DNA of 64,000 nt, taken from contig OX597815.1 in the NCBI GenBank assembly GCA_951406725.2, positions 62,310,001-62,374,000 on the forward strand, given 5' to 3'. The number at the start of each line of letters is the position of its first letter. Within the stretch, counting starts at the first letter, position 1. The DNA is from Octopus vulgaris (lineage: Eukaryota). Shown one piece after another: positions 15,790-32,000 of this stretch. A program made the translations under genes and the position numbers. The notes beneath the pieces are model-generated. The model worked only from the letters and a program-made list of their open reading frames with translations. It did not search any database and was not told the DNA's origin.

Positions 15790-16590
15790 GGCACCCATCA
15801 TCGACCCTATCATATCTCTGACTCCTTCACCTGCACTTCAAGCAACGTCATCTACTGCATCTCTTCCTCTCTGTCCTTCTCTATACATCGGTCAAACGGG
15901 ACACCATTTGGCTGACCGGTTCGCGGAACACCTCAGAGACATCCGATTCTGTAATGATACCTCGGTCTCGCTCCATTTTCGCTCTTCCAGTCACTCTTTA
16001 CAACAACTGTCTGTGTTCGGAAAGTCCTTGCGCAGGGGCCATCCGAACTCGCGTCTTCACCGTTAGCAGGGATTAATCTTCTCTCTTAGCTTCTTTGCGT
16101 CACATGGGCTCAACTCTCCTCCCCACTTCATCTAATCCTCCTCCTCTCTCCTCTCTTCCTCTCACACCTACTTCTTCCCACCCACCTCCCCTCTCTTGCT
16201 CTGACACCTACTTCCTCTCTTCACTCCTACCCACCTTCTCCCTTCCACCCTCTCCCTTCATCGTCATCCCCTCCCTCGTTATCACACCCCTACACATTCC
16301 AACCCCACCACCCATATACACCCCATCCCACCCCACCCATCCCTTAAACCCTTCTTCCTAGCTCTGTCCGGCATTCGCCATGATAGATCGCTAGCCACTA
16401 AACCTGTTTTATTTTCCCTCTTTGTTTATATCTGTGTTCCTTTCTGTTGAAGAGCGTAGGCTCGAAATGTAAAAGACTTTCTCACTTCCCGAGCGTTATG
16501 TATACTAATACAAACGGATGTATTAGTATACATCCGTTTGTTGTTTATACACCCGTCTTCGTCTTTAGTTTTTTGTAAATTCTCCCGTAA
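15790..16590 (+). mobile_element. Penelope-like element 3' end: GIY-YIG endonuclease remnant, pyrimidine-rich UTR, HHR
   Basis: SFTCTSSNVIYCIS..(frameshift)..CPSLYIGQTGHHLADRFAEHLRDI...VSLHF...LIFSL....HGLN at about 15822-16135. Confidence 0.85.
16439..16476 (+). ncRNA. Minimal hammerhead ribozyme, degenerate
   Basis: CTTT-CTGTTGA-A-GAGC(gtag)GCTC-GAAA-T-GTA-AAAG; lies where PLE HHRs are expected; A6 is changed to T. Confidence 0.6.
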
Positions 16591-17218
16591 ATCACAACTT
16601 ACTATATTAAATCATGAAACAGAATATAATCCTAAGTATAATATAGCTGACAATACGACTGGATAGTCACAACCGGATCGTTTCTGATCATATTTAGTTC
16701 GATCAGTCAAGACCTAGGGCTAAACCAACAACAACAACAGACATCAGCAACAACATTGGCACGATCACAACACGCTTCTTTATCACTGTCACCCCACCAC
16801 TATCACTACTAATGTCAATACCAATATAACCACCACCACCACCATCACTACCACTGCTGTTGCTGCTGCCACTAACATCAAATCCCAAATGCTTCACCGC
16901 CATGATGCGATCATTGAACAGTATTGATCTATTGTAGACGAGCCCCTGATAACCGGACGTGAATGTTTGCTTCCTGCCACACTACAAGTACCTCCTAACC
17001 CCTGTAAATCAGACAGGGCGTAGGTTCCAACTCCACCAACAACCCCTATTGTCTCCATCAACCCTTTTATCTCTCTCCTCCAAACCCTCCCCATAGCGCT
17101 ATTTTCCATTGCAAACTTACACATTACGGGGGAGGATAATCTACCTAACTACGTCATCAACTTTACCTTTCACCTCCTCCACTTTCTTAACATAACCACT
17201 CATCTAATCGCGCGCTCT

Positions 17219-17250
<32 letters not shown>

Positions 17251-17772
17251 GTCTTTCTCTGTCTGTCTATCTGTCGCGCTCTCTCTCTCTTTCTCATTCC
17301 CTCTTTTTCACGGTCTTCGCATACTGCCACCCTTTGCAACTGTTTCTATATCCCCAAACCTACTTCCCTTCCTCTTCTCCCCTCCTCATCCCGTCACTTC
17401 TTCCCCGCCTCTCGCCCCCCCTATCTCCCCTGTCCTCCCTCTACTGCTCCTTCACTGATGTCCGTTATCTCTCAATCTCTGATCACATATCCGTTTGTGT
17501 CCATAACTTCCGGTTGTTTTCGGAGATATTTCGCTGACGTGTAACTTAGGAAATAAAAGTTAACATCAGTCCAGCAAACGTATAAACTAACATCAGCAGC
17601 AGTTGCAGTAGCAGTGGCGGTGGTAGCAGTAGCAATAGCAGTGGTGGTGGTAGCAGTGGTACAAGCAGCAGCAACAGCAGCAGTAGTAACAACAACAACT
17701 GTAGTTAATTTTATATACTTTAAAAGGACTTAGCTTTATAGATATGTACGTATACCAAGTAAGACATAAGGG

Positions 17773-17808
<36 letters not shown>

Positions 17809-18255
17809 ACACACACACATACATGCATATGTGTGTATATATATATAGAGAGAGAAATAGAGAGAGAGAGAGAGAAAAAGGGGAGAAAGAGAGAAAGAGG
17901 AAGAGTGATAATGGGAAATGTTAACGTTGAAGGGGAGAAGATAAAGGAATATTACCGCTGTTAAGACGTACAAGCAAATCACATAAACGCATACACACTC
18001 TTTTGTTTTATATATGTGTAGTTGTAGCTGTGGTTGTGGTCAGAGTCGCGGTTTTGGTTCCTTTCAAATCAGTTTAATATATCCCAGTATTTAAGAGATA
18101 CTTTATTTATCGACCCCGAAGGTTGATTTCGGTGTAATTCGAACTCAGAACGTGAAATAATGGAGTAAATATTGCAAGACATTTTGTGTAACGTACTAAA
18201 GATTATTCAAACACTACTACTACTACTATTACTACTACTATTACTGCTGCTGCTG

Positions 18256-18351
<96 letters not shown>

Positions 18352-18444
18352 GTAATAATAATAATAATAATAATAATTATAATAATGATAATAATAATAA
18401 TAATAATAATGATGATGATAATAACAATAATAATCAATTTCTAT

Positions 18445-18852
18445 CAGGCACGTGCCGTCAGTAATTACCCAGGGTAGGCAGTTGTCGACCTTTTTGTAGT
18501 AAAACACAAAAAATAAGCGAAAGATAGGCGCGCCTGAGTCGAAGGTAGAGCTATTCTTGCCTTTATGACACCTAAAGAAAACCGTATTGTAGAAGTGTGC
18601 GCCGCATGTGTTGTGTACCACAGCAGAAAGATGCGTAACTTTGATACTGAAATTGAAAGGCATGGGCGAATCATGCCTACCTAATCTACAAAAAGATAAA
18701 ACATTTTGCATTTTATGTAATGTAATCAGACTAACCTTCATAATTCTATTGAACAAGGTGCATGTTTTGCCATGAGAGGAAAATGTTGATATCGATCTAT
18801 TTTAATCAATGTAGACACTGCCTACCTTGCCTACCAAGACGGCACGTCCCTA
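18445..18852. mobile_element. hAT-like MITE
   Basis: TIRs CAGGCACGTGCCGTC / GACGGCACGTCCCTA; subterminal GGTAGGCAG/CTGCCTACC; imperfect 8-bp TSD ATTTCTAT/CGTTCTAT. Confidence 0.7.
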
Positions 18853-18854
18853 CG

Positions 18855-19010
18855 TTCTATTATAGGTACCAGGCCTGAAATGTTTGGGAAGGGGTAAGTA
18901 ATATCATCAATTGGTACTTATTTTATCGACCCAGAAAGGATGAAAGGCAAAGTCAGTATGAGTGGAATTAGAACTCAGAACGTATTGAGCCGTTGCAAAT
19001 ACCTTACTAT
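18855..19010 (-). mobile_element. SINE family C fragment
   Basis: GGTACTTATTTTATCGACCCAGAAAGGATGAAAGGCAAAGTC; another fragment lies at about 18095-18200. Confidence 0.7.
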
Positions 19011-19256
19011 GTTTCTTCCTGATGATTCTGCGTATTTATCACCTAGAATTATTACCCAGAAGTAAACAGCTGGAATCGATATCAGGGTTATCTCTTTTCT
19101 ATCTCTCCTTTCAGTGCTGTATGTGCATCGAGATCTATCTCAATGTGTACGAAAGGGAGCGACATCAACCTCTCTACCTTCTGTTTATTCTATCCCATTA
19201 CTCTGTCGCCCGGTAACTGGCCACTCAAACATTGTTGTTGATAATTTGCATAATGG

Positions 19257-19292
<36 letters not shown>

Positions 19293-19359
19293 CCCAGAAA
19301 AGTACTGCTGGGGTATATCGATAAGATCATGTAATTTCAACAAATAGTTGTGCGATTCT

Positions 19360-19998
19360 TTAACTTTTTGCCTAGGGCGAGCCCACAGCAATATCATATC
19401 TTCTCCACTACGATTCCCTAAAACTTGAGAACTACACAACCAATTCCATTCAAATTTTACACAGCCACTCCTGCACATAGGCGCAGGAGTGGCTGTGTGG
19501 TAAGTAGCTTGCTAACCAACCACATGGTTTCGGGTTCAGTCCCACTGCGTGGCATCTTGGGCAAATGTCTTCTGCTATAGCCTCGGGCCGACCAATGCCT
19601 TGTGAGTGGATTTGGTAGACGGAAACTGAAAGAAGCCTGTCGTATATATATATATGTATGTGTATGTTTGTGTGTCTGTGTTTGTCCCCCTAGCATTGCT
19701 TGACAACCGATGCTGGTGTGTTTACGTCCCCGTCACTTAGCGGTTCGGCAAAAAGAGACCGATAGAATAAGTACCAGGCTAACAAAGAATAAGTCCCGGG
19801 GTCGATTTGCTCGACTAAAGGCGGTGCTCCAGCATGGCCGCAGTCAAATGACTGAAACAAGTAAAAGAGTAAAGAGAGTAAAGAGTATGCCTTACTTGTT
19901 CAACTTCTTGCCGAGAGCGAGCCCATAGCAATATCATATCTTCTCCAGTATTTCAGTATTACGTGTTAAAAGTGAAACAAAAACATCTCTCTATTGTA
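19360..19998 (+). mobile_element. Helitron internal fragment split by a SINE
   Basis: 19360-19462 and 19886-19998 are the reverse complement of the repeat unit at 57115-57420. Confidence 0.7.
19480..19885 (+). mobile_element. Full-length tRNA-derived SINE family A
   Basis: A box TGGCTGTGTGG, B box GGTTCAGTCCC, CORE-like TTGGGCAAATGTCTT, internal TA/TG tract, tail CAAATGACTGAAACAAGTAAAAGAG repeats. Other copies or fragments at 20779, 27865, 47785, 48740(-), 49375(-), 59325(-), 60830, 61665(-). Confidence 0.9.
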
Positions 19999-20018
19999 TA
20001 TATATATGGATGTATATA

Positions 20019-20403
20019 TCTCTCTCACTATATAAACGGCAGTTTGTCTGTGCGTGTTTCTGTGTGTCTGTTTGCTTGTACCCTCACCCTGACCACGGCT
20101 TTCAACCGATTCTGATGAAACTTGACACACACATAGCCCAATGTCATAATTCAAAACTAACGCAGCAAAAATTTTGAAAAGTTCCCCCAGTTCTGAAAAA
20201 ATCGATAAATTCGACATGGGGTCGAGAATCAGAAACACGAACCACAAACTGTCTAGGGACGCAACTCAACCTTTTTTAAATCTCAAAAAAAAATTTACCA
20301 TCATTTTTTTCCATTTTTTTGCTAATTTTTGGATATAACTCTCTACAAATGCTTTATAGTTATTTCCCTTACAAACCTGAGCAACGCCGGGCGATACTGC
20401 TAG
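20019..20403 (+). mobile_element. Non-autonomous Helitron
   Basis: 5' TC, (TGTC)-like tract, ACCGATTCTGATGAAACTT motif, 3' hairpin, CTAG, then T. Confidence 0.8.
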
Positions 20404-20513
<110 letters not shown>

Positions 20514-20778
20514 ATATATATGTATGTGTATATATATATGTATATATATATATAGCTGTATATGTATACATGTATATGTATTGCTGCATATGTATAGATG
20601 TATTTCTATAGATATACATGTATGTGTATACATGTATGTCTAGATGTATATATATATATAGATGTACATGTAATAGGTACACATATATATACACATATAT
20701 ACATGCATACATATATACACCCATACACACATACACACACATACACACACACACCCACTCACACACACGCACATACAT

Positions 20779-21170
20779 AGGTGCAGGTGTGGCTGTGTGG
20801 TTACAAACTTGGTTCCAAAACACATGGTCCTCAGTTCAGTCCCACTGTGTGGTAATTTGGCATGTGTCTTCTGCTTTAGCCTCAGACCAACCAAAGCCGT
20901 GTCAGTGGATTTTGTAGACAGAAACTGAAAGAAAACAATTGTATGTATATGTATGTATATATGTAAGTCTATGTGTATGTCTTTGTGTTTCTCCCTCACC
21001 ACTGCTTCACAACTGGTGTTCGTTTATTTACATCCCCATAACTTACTGGTTTCACAAGAAGAAACTGATAGAATAAGTACCGGGGTTATCAAAATATAAA
21101 AAGGCACTACGCAGTGTCTCATATTTTTGTTTGACCACTCAGTTGTATCTATCAATTTATCTTTGTGCGC
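20779..21170 (+). mobile_element. SINE family A variant
   Basis: GGTGCAGGTGTGGCTGTGTGG head; the 3' part recurs at 21265-21340 and 24020-24280. Confidence 0.8.
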
Positions 21171-21224
21171 GCGCGGCGTGTGTATACATATATACATACA
21201 TACATACATACATACATACATACA

Positions 21225-21256
<32 letters not shown>

Positions 21257-21340
21257 CATATATATATATATGGATTTCGTAGACAGGAACTGAAACAAAT
21301 CAATCGCATATATATGTATGTATATATGTAAGTGTATGTG

Positions 21341-24018
21341 TTTTGGTATTGGCAACCTGAACGACAATGGTCAGAAACTACTTGAATTTTGCACATACCA
21401 TAACCTGTGCATCACTAACACATTCTTTGCCAACAAGGCTTCCCGCAAGGCATCTTGGAGACATCCAAGATCTCACCACTGGCATCAGCTGGATCTCATC
21501 ATTACACGAGGATCCTTTCTGAATTCTGTTCAACTGACCCGTAGTTACAACAGCACGGATTGTGACACAAATCATTCACTAATAAGTAGCAGGGTGTGGA
21601 TTCTGCCTAAAATTGTCCATCACTCCAAGAAAATGAGCCGACCACGCATTAAAACTGCCAGAACCTCGGACCCTACACTGCGACAATGTTTTGCTGTTTC
21701 TATCAAAGTTGCCCTCAGTAGCTGCCCAACCTCCTCTGCTGAAAGTAGGTGGAATTATATCAGGGACGCTTTGTATACCACATCAATAGATACTTTCAGC
21801 ATGAGAGAAAGGCAAAACGCAGATTGGTTCAATGCTGGGCTCTCAGAGCTGGAAACAGTTATCGAAGCAAAGCGTGCAGCTCTGATGCAATACAAGAGGG
21901 ATTCTTCTACAAAGCCACTCAAAAGGCAGAAAGGCAAGAAATAAAATACAACTGACTGCCAGACGCTGTCAGAGTATCCAGTCAGCTGCTGACAGTGGCG
22001 ACACCCGTGGGATGTATGCCGGTTTGAAGAAGGCCCTCGGTCCATCCGCAACCAAGTCAGCCCCTCTGAAATCAACCACTGGAGATCTCATCAAGGACAA
22101 AAGCAAGCAAATGGATAGATGGGTGGAGTACTACCAAGATCTCTACTCACGGGAGACCACGGTAGCTGAGGCTGCAATCGAGGGTGTCAAGATCTTGCAA
22201 GTCATGTGCGAACTTGACAGTCTGCCATCTATAGCAGAGCTCACCAAGGCTATTGACTCCCTAGCAAGTAACAAGGCTCCAGAAAAAGACGGCATCCCTT
22301 TAGAGATCATCAAAACCAGCAAAAACACCATCCTGCTTCGGCAGCTTCATGAGCTTCTGTGTCAGTGCTGGGAAGAGGGCACAGTCCCTCAGGATATGCG
22401 GGATGCTAACATCATTACGCTTTACAAAAACAAAGGTGACCGTGGTGATTGTAACAATTACCGTGGAATATCTCTTCTAAGCACTGTTGGAAAGGCCTTT
22501 GCTCGCATTATCCTGTCCAGGCTACAACTGCTTGCTTCTCGAATTTATCCAGAATCGCAGTGTGGCTTTCGAAGAAGCAGATCAACTATTGACATAATAT
22601 TCTCCATACGCTAACTTCAGGAGAAGTCAAGAGAGCAGAACATGCCATTATATATGGCCTTCATTGATCTGACAAAGGCCTTTGACTTTGTAAGTAGAAA
22701 AGGCCTATTCATCCTGCTCCAAAAAATCGGATGTCCACCAAAGCTGCTGAGGATCATCAAGTCTTTCCATGATGATATGCAAGGCACTATACAGCACAAT
22801 GGTTCAACATCAGCCGCCTTCCAAATAAAAAATGGGTTGTGTCCTTGCTCCTACATTATTTGGCATCTTCTTCTCGCTGCTGCTATCACATGCCTTTGAG
22901 ACATCAGATAATGGAGTGTTTCTGCACAGTAGAAGTGATAGGAAACTGTTCATCTCTCGTGTCTGTATGCCAAGACCAAAATCAGAAGCGTCCTGATCAA
23001 GGAGATGCTATTTGCTGATGATGCCGCTCTGGTATCACACAGAGAAGAAGCCCTACAAAGGCTCATCAACTGTTTTGAGCAAGCATGTATCAACTTTGGC
23101 TTAGTTATCAGCCTCAAGAAGACCAACATCATTGGTCAGGCTACATCGGACATCCCAAACATACAAATTGGTAGACCACAGACTACCGGAGGTGGAGAAG
23201 TTTACCTATCTTGGCTCTACCGCACCTACAACCTATCCCTTGATGCTGAGCTCAATATACGTATTGGCAAAGCAGCTGCTGTGATGGCCCAACTCTCCAA
23301 ATGGGCATGGGACAATAATAAGCTGACCAAGACCACAAAAATGAAGATTTACCAGGCATGTGTACTTAGCACTCTATTGTATGGAAGTGAGACTTGGACG
23401 CCATATACACGCCAAGATCGTCGCCTATATATCTTTCACCTGCCCTGCCTCCGGAAAATCCTTCGCATGAAATGGCAGAATCAAGTCCCCAACAAAGATG
23501 TCCTCAAGCAAGCAGGAATACCAAGCATGTTTGCACTCCTCACACAAAGACGTATGAGATGGCTTGGACATGTTAGCCGTATGGAAGATGGCAGAATCCC
23601 CAAGAACATACTCAACGGAGAGCTTGCTAGGGGCACTAGATCGTTCTTACGATACAAGGATGTTTGCAAAAGGGACATGAATGCCTGCAACATTAATATT
23701 ACCAACTGGGAAGCAGTTGCCAGAAACCGTTGAGATTGGCGACATAACGTAAAAGAGGGAACACAAAGGAGTGACATAGAGAGAGAGAGAAGAAATGGAA
23801 CGACAAAAAAAGACGTCAACAAGAAACTATGACATTACAACCAGCCAGGCAAAGTCTTCGTTACATTTGCGGCACCTACCAGAGGGAGTGTTTGTCCAGG
23901 ATAGGACTAGACAGCCACAGCAGGAGATGTATTAGGACATTGAAATGTAAAAGCCTTACTAGATTATTTTATACGCAACACCATTGTCTCCCGAGACAAA
24001 AAAGGATGCCAACAACAA
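21341..24018 (+). mobile_element. 5'-truncated RTE-clade LINE (APE endonuclease plus RT), frameshifted
   Basis: NDNGQKLLEFC..NL.ITNTFF, SWRHPRS.HWHQLD.I, DTNH; NYRGISLLS, PESQCGFR, FIDLTKAFD, LFADD, LLYGSETW, RWLGHV.RM; C-terminal C..C..SRIGL.SH.R.C; 3' stem-loop TGTCTC-GAGACA and (CAA) tail. Confidence 0.95.
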
Positions 24019-24269
24019 TATATATGAATTTCGTAGACAGGAACTGAAACAAATCAATCATATATATATATGTAAGTCTATGTGTGTGTCTTTGTGTTTC
24101 TCCCTCATCACTGCTTTACAGCTGGTGTTCATTTATTTACATCCACATAACTTACTGGTTTCACAAGAACAAACCAATAGAATAAGTACCAGGCTTATCA
24201 ACATAAAAAAAGCATTAGGCTGTGTCTCATACTTTTGTTTGCCCACTCAGTTGTATCTATCAATTTATC

Positions 24270-25667
<1,398 letters not shown>

Positions 25668-26457
25668 TATATATATGTAATAGATAGAGAGATAAATAGT
25701 TGCTATCTATCTCTCTCTATATTTACCCGGCTAGATTGATAAATAGATAGAAAGCTATGACTATATATACATGTTACTTACATTTAGAAGTGGAAGCGAG
25801 AAGCGTACTCAATACATGTAGCAGGTTATTAGAGTAGAATCCCTGATTTATTTGGTGGTTACTCTGAGTTACAGGGCAAGCATTTAGGTTTTATCATTAC
25901 CTTAAAGTAGCAAAGTTAGTTGATTGCTTCGAAAGTGACAGGCATGATGTGTCTAAATTTGGGCATTCATTGAAGTCGCCTTCAATAGAAGAGATCCATA
26001 TCTAAGATGGCAGCGAGTGTCGAGGTGGGGATGGAGTTACATATTGAAATGAACTAGTGAAGTAAACAATTTCGAAAACATTGAAATAAACGCTAGATAA
26101 ATTTGTAAAATACACGAAAAGGAAATCTGAGTGGAAAAAATGGAGCATGAAAGATAAATAGGAGAAGCGGAAGTGTGAGAAAAAACAATAAAAGTTTAAA
26201 AAAGGAAAGGATAAAAAGTAAAAAAAAAAGAAACACAATTAAATAAGAAAGAAGGAAGATGGAATGAATAAAAATGAAAGAAATGTAAAATAAAAAGAGG
26301 ATGTGTCGGAGAGATAAGAAGGAATGTGAATACGAACGAAAGGAAAGATTTGATTTGAGGTAGAAGAAAGAGGAAATGGGGATAAAGACATGATTGAGAA
26401 GACTAAAGAATGGAGAAATGTGGCAAGGAAGGAAATGGTAAATTAAAGAAACGTGGA

Positions 26458-26489
<32 letters not shown>

Positions 26490-26757
26490 ACACATTGCAG
26501 ATAAGAAAGTAAATTTCGAACGTAGTAAAACTGTAAGAGAGCAGAGAAAGATTGGGTATTTACCTTTATAAGACGGAGAAAATGGATGCCAGCAGGTGGG
26601 TTCGGGTGTCGAACCTGTATCCTCCGAAACCAGCTGAGTGCTTTAACCCTTAAACTAAAGTTTACCGACAATTTTAATGCTATATTATAACATTTCGAAT
26701 GCAACAACAGACATACATACATACATACATTCATACACACACACACATTCAACCACA

Positions 26758-26829
<72 letters not shown>

Positions 26830-26831
<2 letters not shown>

Positions 26832-27000
26832 GAAATTAGACTTCTCAAAACCAGAAAGGAGAAAGCTGACTCGAAGATTACAGATCCAGTCCATCACTGG
26901 AAGTGTAAAAATCTGTAAAACTTTCCAGAAGTTTATCATTTAAATATATATGAGCATGTCTAGATATGCAACTATATGCATGCAAATACATACATTAAAC
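26830..27000. repeat. Dispersed repeat shared with 38530-38700 (possible PLE terminal repeat)
   Basis: AGAAATTAG.CTTCTCAAAACCAGAAAG...CCATCACTGGAA.TGTAAAAATCTGTAAAACTTTCCAGAAGTTTATCATTTAAAT occurs in both. Confidence 0.75.
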
Positions 27001-27580
27001 AAAAGATAAATCCGCACGTATACATACATACATACATACATACATACATACATACATACATACATACATACATACATACATACATGCATGCATACATACA
27101 TGCATACATGCATGCATGCATACATACATACATACATACATACATACATACATACATACATACATACATACAAACATATCCTGTTGAAATAAAAGAGCCT
27201 TAGATCTAAGTTAGAAACCGGCTTTCGGCAAGAAATCTTGAAATAAAACTGAAAAATTACATACATACATACATACTGAAATGTGTACATGCGTACGCAC
27301 ACACACACACATGAGAACTTTTATACCCCACCTAAAACATTTTTTCTCTCTGGCTTCCCCTAAAATTCTTTCTAAATGGATTACATCAAAGCCGGTTATA
27401 TCTTATTAAATATGCTCTAAAATATACTTTTGTGTCTTTTCCAATTCTATTTACTTTTCTTGACTATATATATATATATATATAGACATAATAAAATAGG
27501 GTAATAATAAATTATTATTACTAGTGGCCTAGCACAAAAAACGAATTAGTCATTAGACTATATATTATTCGTATAGAAAT

Positions 27581-27868
<288 letters not shown>

Positions 27869-29455
27869 GTGTCTTCTACTATAGCCTAGGGCCGACCAAA
27901 GACTTGTGAGTGAATTTGGCAGACGGAACCTGAAAGAAAGCCCGTCGTATATATGTGTGTGCGTGTATTTGTGTGTCTGTGTTTGTCCCCCTACCATCTC
28001 TTAACAACCGAATAGGTCGTGGGGTCGATTATTTCGACTAAAGTAGATGCTCTAGCATGACCGCAGTCAAATGACTCAATCAACCTTCGCAACTCAATCA
28101 ACCTTCGTACTGGTCCAAAAGGATAAACATCACTCTGGTAAACATCCGTTAATGTTATATAACTTCCATCCGAAGATTATTGATATTATGCTGATTTTTC
28201 TTTCATTTTCTAATACAATTCTTTCCCTATATGAAATACTACAAATGACCAAATATTGAAGATTTAAGCTGACCATGCGAGTAAGTGGCATATATCAAAT
28301 TTCAAATCACTATCTCGATAGTATTTGACCTGAAAACAATGCAATTTTTTTTACTGTTTTTTCCTTAATTTCGGCCATCCTCTGCTCCTTTTTCTATCTG
28401 ATGCGCCCCCCCTTCTGTTCTCCCTATTCCGTCCTCTCTGCCTTTTTTTCCTTCTCTGCCCTTTAGTCCTTCTCTTCCAAATCATCACTTCTCTTCCCCT
28501 TTCCTCTTTAACTCTCTTCCACTTACCTTATACGGATTCTTACTGGCCTCTCTTTGCTCCCCTCCCAATTTCCTGTATCGTTCCTTCAGTATTCTGCTTG
28601 CTAATAACCAGAAATAACGAAAGTAGCAGGAATTTTCTAGGTCGTTCAAATTTTCTAAGCCGATTAATGGACTGACTGAGTAAACTTATCAATAATGAAC
28701 CTATAATAACTACTGGAAACAGCTGTAAGTCAAATTTGCAACAATAAAGAACGATGTAATGACCATTATTTATACTTTGCCTTAAATATTTATGTATGTG
28801 ACTGTATATATTTATTATATTATTAATCTTCTGTATTCGAAAGATCAAACTGATAATACACCCTTAATGGATAAACTGCCATTTTATTGCTGATAGTCGT
28901 TCTTCAGTTAGAGATTAGTGTAATACTGAAAGCCAACGAAATAGTCGCCATATCTCTAGTATTAACTGAGGTACATATAAATGGGTCTCCCTACTTTTGA
29001 AAAAGAATGTATTTTAGGGGCGCGAGACAATGACGACCAAGAGGTTACTATTGTTATACGATAATCTATCAAAGATGAAACAGAAATGCACGTGACCTTT
29101 GCAAACCGTCCCACACTGGTGAGATTAATGCAGTTGCTCTTCATCTGAAATTGCTGTTGAGTGGTGTTTACCGGGGAATATTAGGTGCGATTGGAATTTC
29201 AGAAGGTAATGATGGGCGAAATGCTTCTTATAGTATCTTGTAGAGGAAATCGATTAAGGGTAACGCGAGAAGGAAAGGTATTCGTACCCGGAGAAGAAAC
29301 AATATTCAGTTAATTTAAGGAGCAGACGTCTTTGTAATAGTGATATAGAGGAGAAACGGATGACATTGGTTGGCTGGTGTCGGTCTGCGATTTTCGCCAA
29401 TGGATCGAATGGCTTTCTTTAGGAATTCGGTTTAAGTTATTTGTGTTATAGTATC

Positions 29456-29760
29456 GGTGAAGGCGCATGGTTAAGGTATTCGGCTCACGATCGTAAGGTC
29501 GTGAGGTCAATTCCCGGCGACACATTGTGCCCTCGGGCAGGACACTGTATTTCACGCTGCTCCAGTCCACTCACCTGGCAAAAATTAGTAGTACCTGTAA
29601 TTGGAAAGGTCCAGCCTTGTCACATTCTGTATCATACTGAATCTCTCTGAGAACTACGTTAAGGGTATGCGTGTATGTGCTCAGCCACATACACATTAAT
29701 TTCACGAGGAGGCTGTTCCGTTGATCGGATCAACTAGAATCCTCACCGACAGAGTGCCAG
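29456..29760 (+). mobile_element. tRNA-derived SINE family B
   Basis: Homologous to 50217-50600 (GAGAACTACGTTAAGGG, GGCTGTTCCGTTGATCGGATCAAC). Confidence 0.85.
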
Positions 29761-30758
29761 TTAGTTATAGTATCAGTACTGTCCCAAACACGCGAGCAAT
29801 GTTAAAGTGCGAAGCCTGTTAGAGTCCGTGAGAGGTTTATCGACTGTTTACGGTTAATGTGTTTCCTGATGGTAAAGAAGAAGGTTGCAGCTTTGATAAT
29901 GATATAAGTGCTAGGGAGCCATGTTATATACGTGAGGTAGCCGTGAGAAATCATTAGAAATAGAGACGGCTCGAAGATGCTACTTGTGTATTGTTTATAG
30001 CCATAGAAAGCACCATATCACCTCGATCCTTAATGTATTGAGAGACAGTATGCCATATGTAGATAGACAGATAGACATGCAGACACACAGACAAACACCG
30101 AAATGTTAGATAAGTGATAGAACAAACAGAATGGAGGAAAAGAATGAGATAATGTAAAATAAAAGAGGAATATTTGTGAAAAACACAAAAAGGATAAATG
30201 TAGAATATAACAATAAAAGATTAGACGACATCAACAACAGCAGTAGCAGCAACAATAATGACAACAACAACAGCGACACAAATGAATTGAAGAGATAGCA
30301 GATAAGAAAGATGAAAGAATTTCAAGAAAAACAAAAGCACAAGGAATAGAGAACGAAATGAAAAAAAGAAAAAAAAGGAAAGAAATTTAAGAATAAAACA
30401 TAAAACAAAAGATATGGTGGAAGAAATTCGAAGAATAGGAGAAATGAAAAAAGAAAAATGAAAGAAACGAGAATAGCAGGAATCAAAGACAGGGACACGT
30501 AAGGAGCATCTTAGAACCTATAGATTCGTTGGTGGTCATATGCTGAATATTTCGTTTTCATGTTGCTGATATTGTTGTTGTTTAACCTTTAGATCAACTC
30601 TGAATGAACAGACCTATCCAGAAAGGCTTCCATCTATGGCCAACCCGTGATTCAATATACCCATAAATATATTGTTCAGTGGTTCCTTGGCGCGTTCCCG
30701 TCCCATGATTATTGAGTTTATATATATACATATATAGATATATAGATACATAGATACA

Positions 30759-31411
<653 letters not shown>

Positions 31412-31499
31412 TTTATTATTATTATTATTATCATTATTATTATTATTATTATTATTATCATTATTATTATCATTATTATCATTATTATCATTATTATTA

Positions 31500-31530
<31 letters not shown>

Positions 31531-31592
31531 CATTATTATCATTATTATTATTATTATTATTATCATTGTCATTATTATCATTATCATTATTA

Positions 31593-31684
<92 letters not shown>

Positions 31685-31920
31685 TCGCTTAGATATAGCA
31701 ATGCGAATAATCTGGTGTTAGAACATAAGTTTCAGAACACAGCGTCAGTCCGGTATAGAACAGTAATAAGAAATGAAATAAATATGACAGCGGAATAAGA
31801 AATTATGTCATAGACTTCATTGGCTTAATCGTGTTTGCTGCTACCAGACGCATGTTTTGTTGTACATGTTTACAAATGCAAAAGTGTTTTCCACAAATAA
31901 AGTTGCACTTCAGTTTTGAA

Positions 31921-32000
31921 GCACTGATGAAGCTATAGGGTGATACACAAGCACTCAACTACGAGTGCATTGCACCCTATAGCTGAAATAACTGTAAGCT
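31921..32000 (+). ncRNA. Hammerhead ribozyme motif with extended stem II
   Basis: CTGATGA (31924-30); perfect 12-bp AGCTATAGGGTG/CACCCTATAGCT; inner GCACTC/GAGTGC; GAAA-TAACT-GTA. Stems I and III are weakened. Confidence 0.65.

Noticed and set aside
16900-17480. Possible second decayed PLE end (QTGRR-like motif plus pyrimidine tract)
   Set aside because: Too degenerate to support.
20112-20125. CTGATGAAAC as an HHR core
   Set aside because: It is part of a recurrent Helitron internal motif and has no HHR stems.
26581-26660. tRNA-like sequence on the minus strand
   Set aside because: A and B boxes are visible but no proper cloverleaf forms; at most a SINE head or pseudogene.
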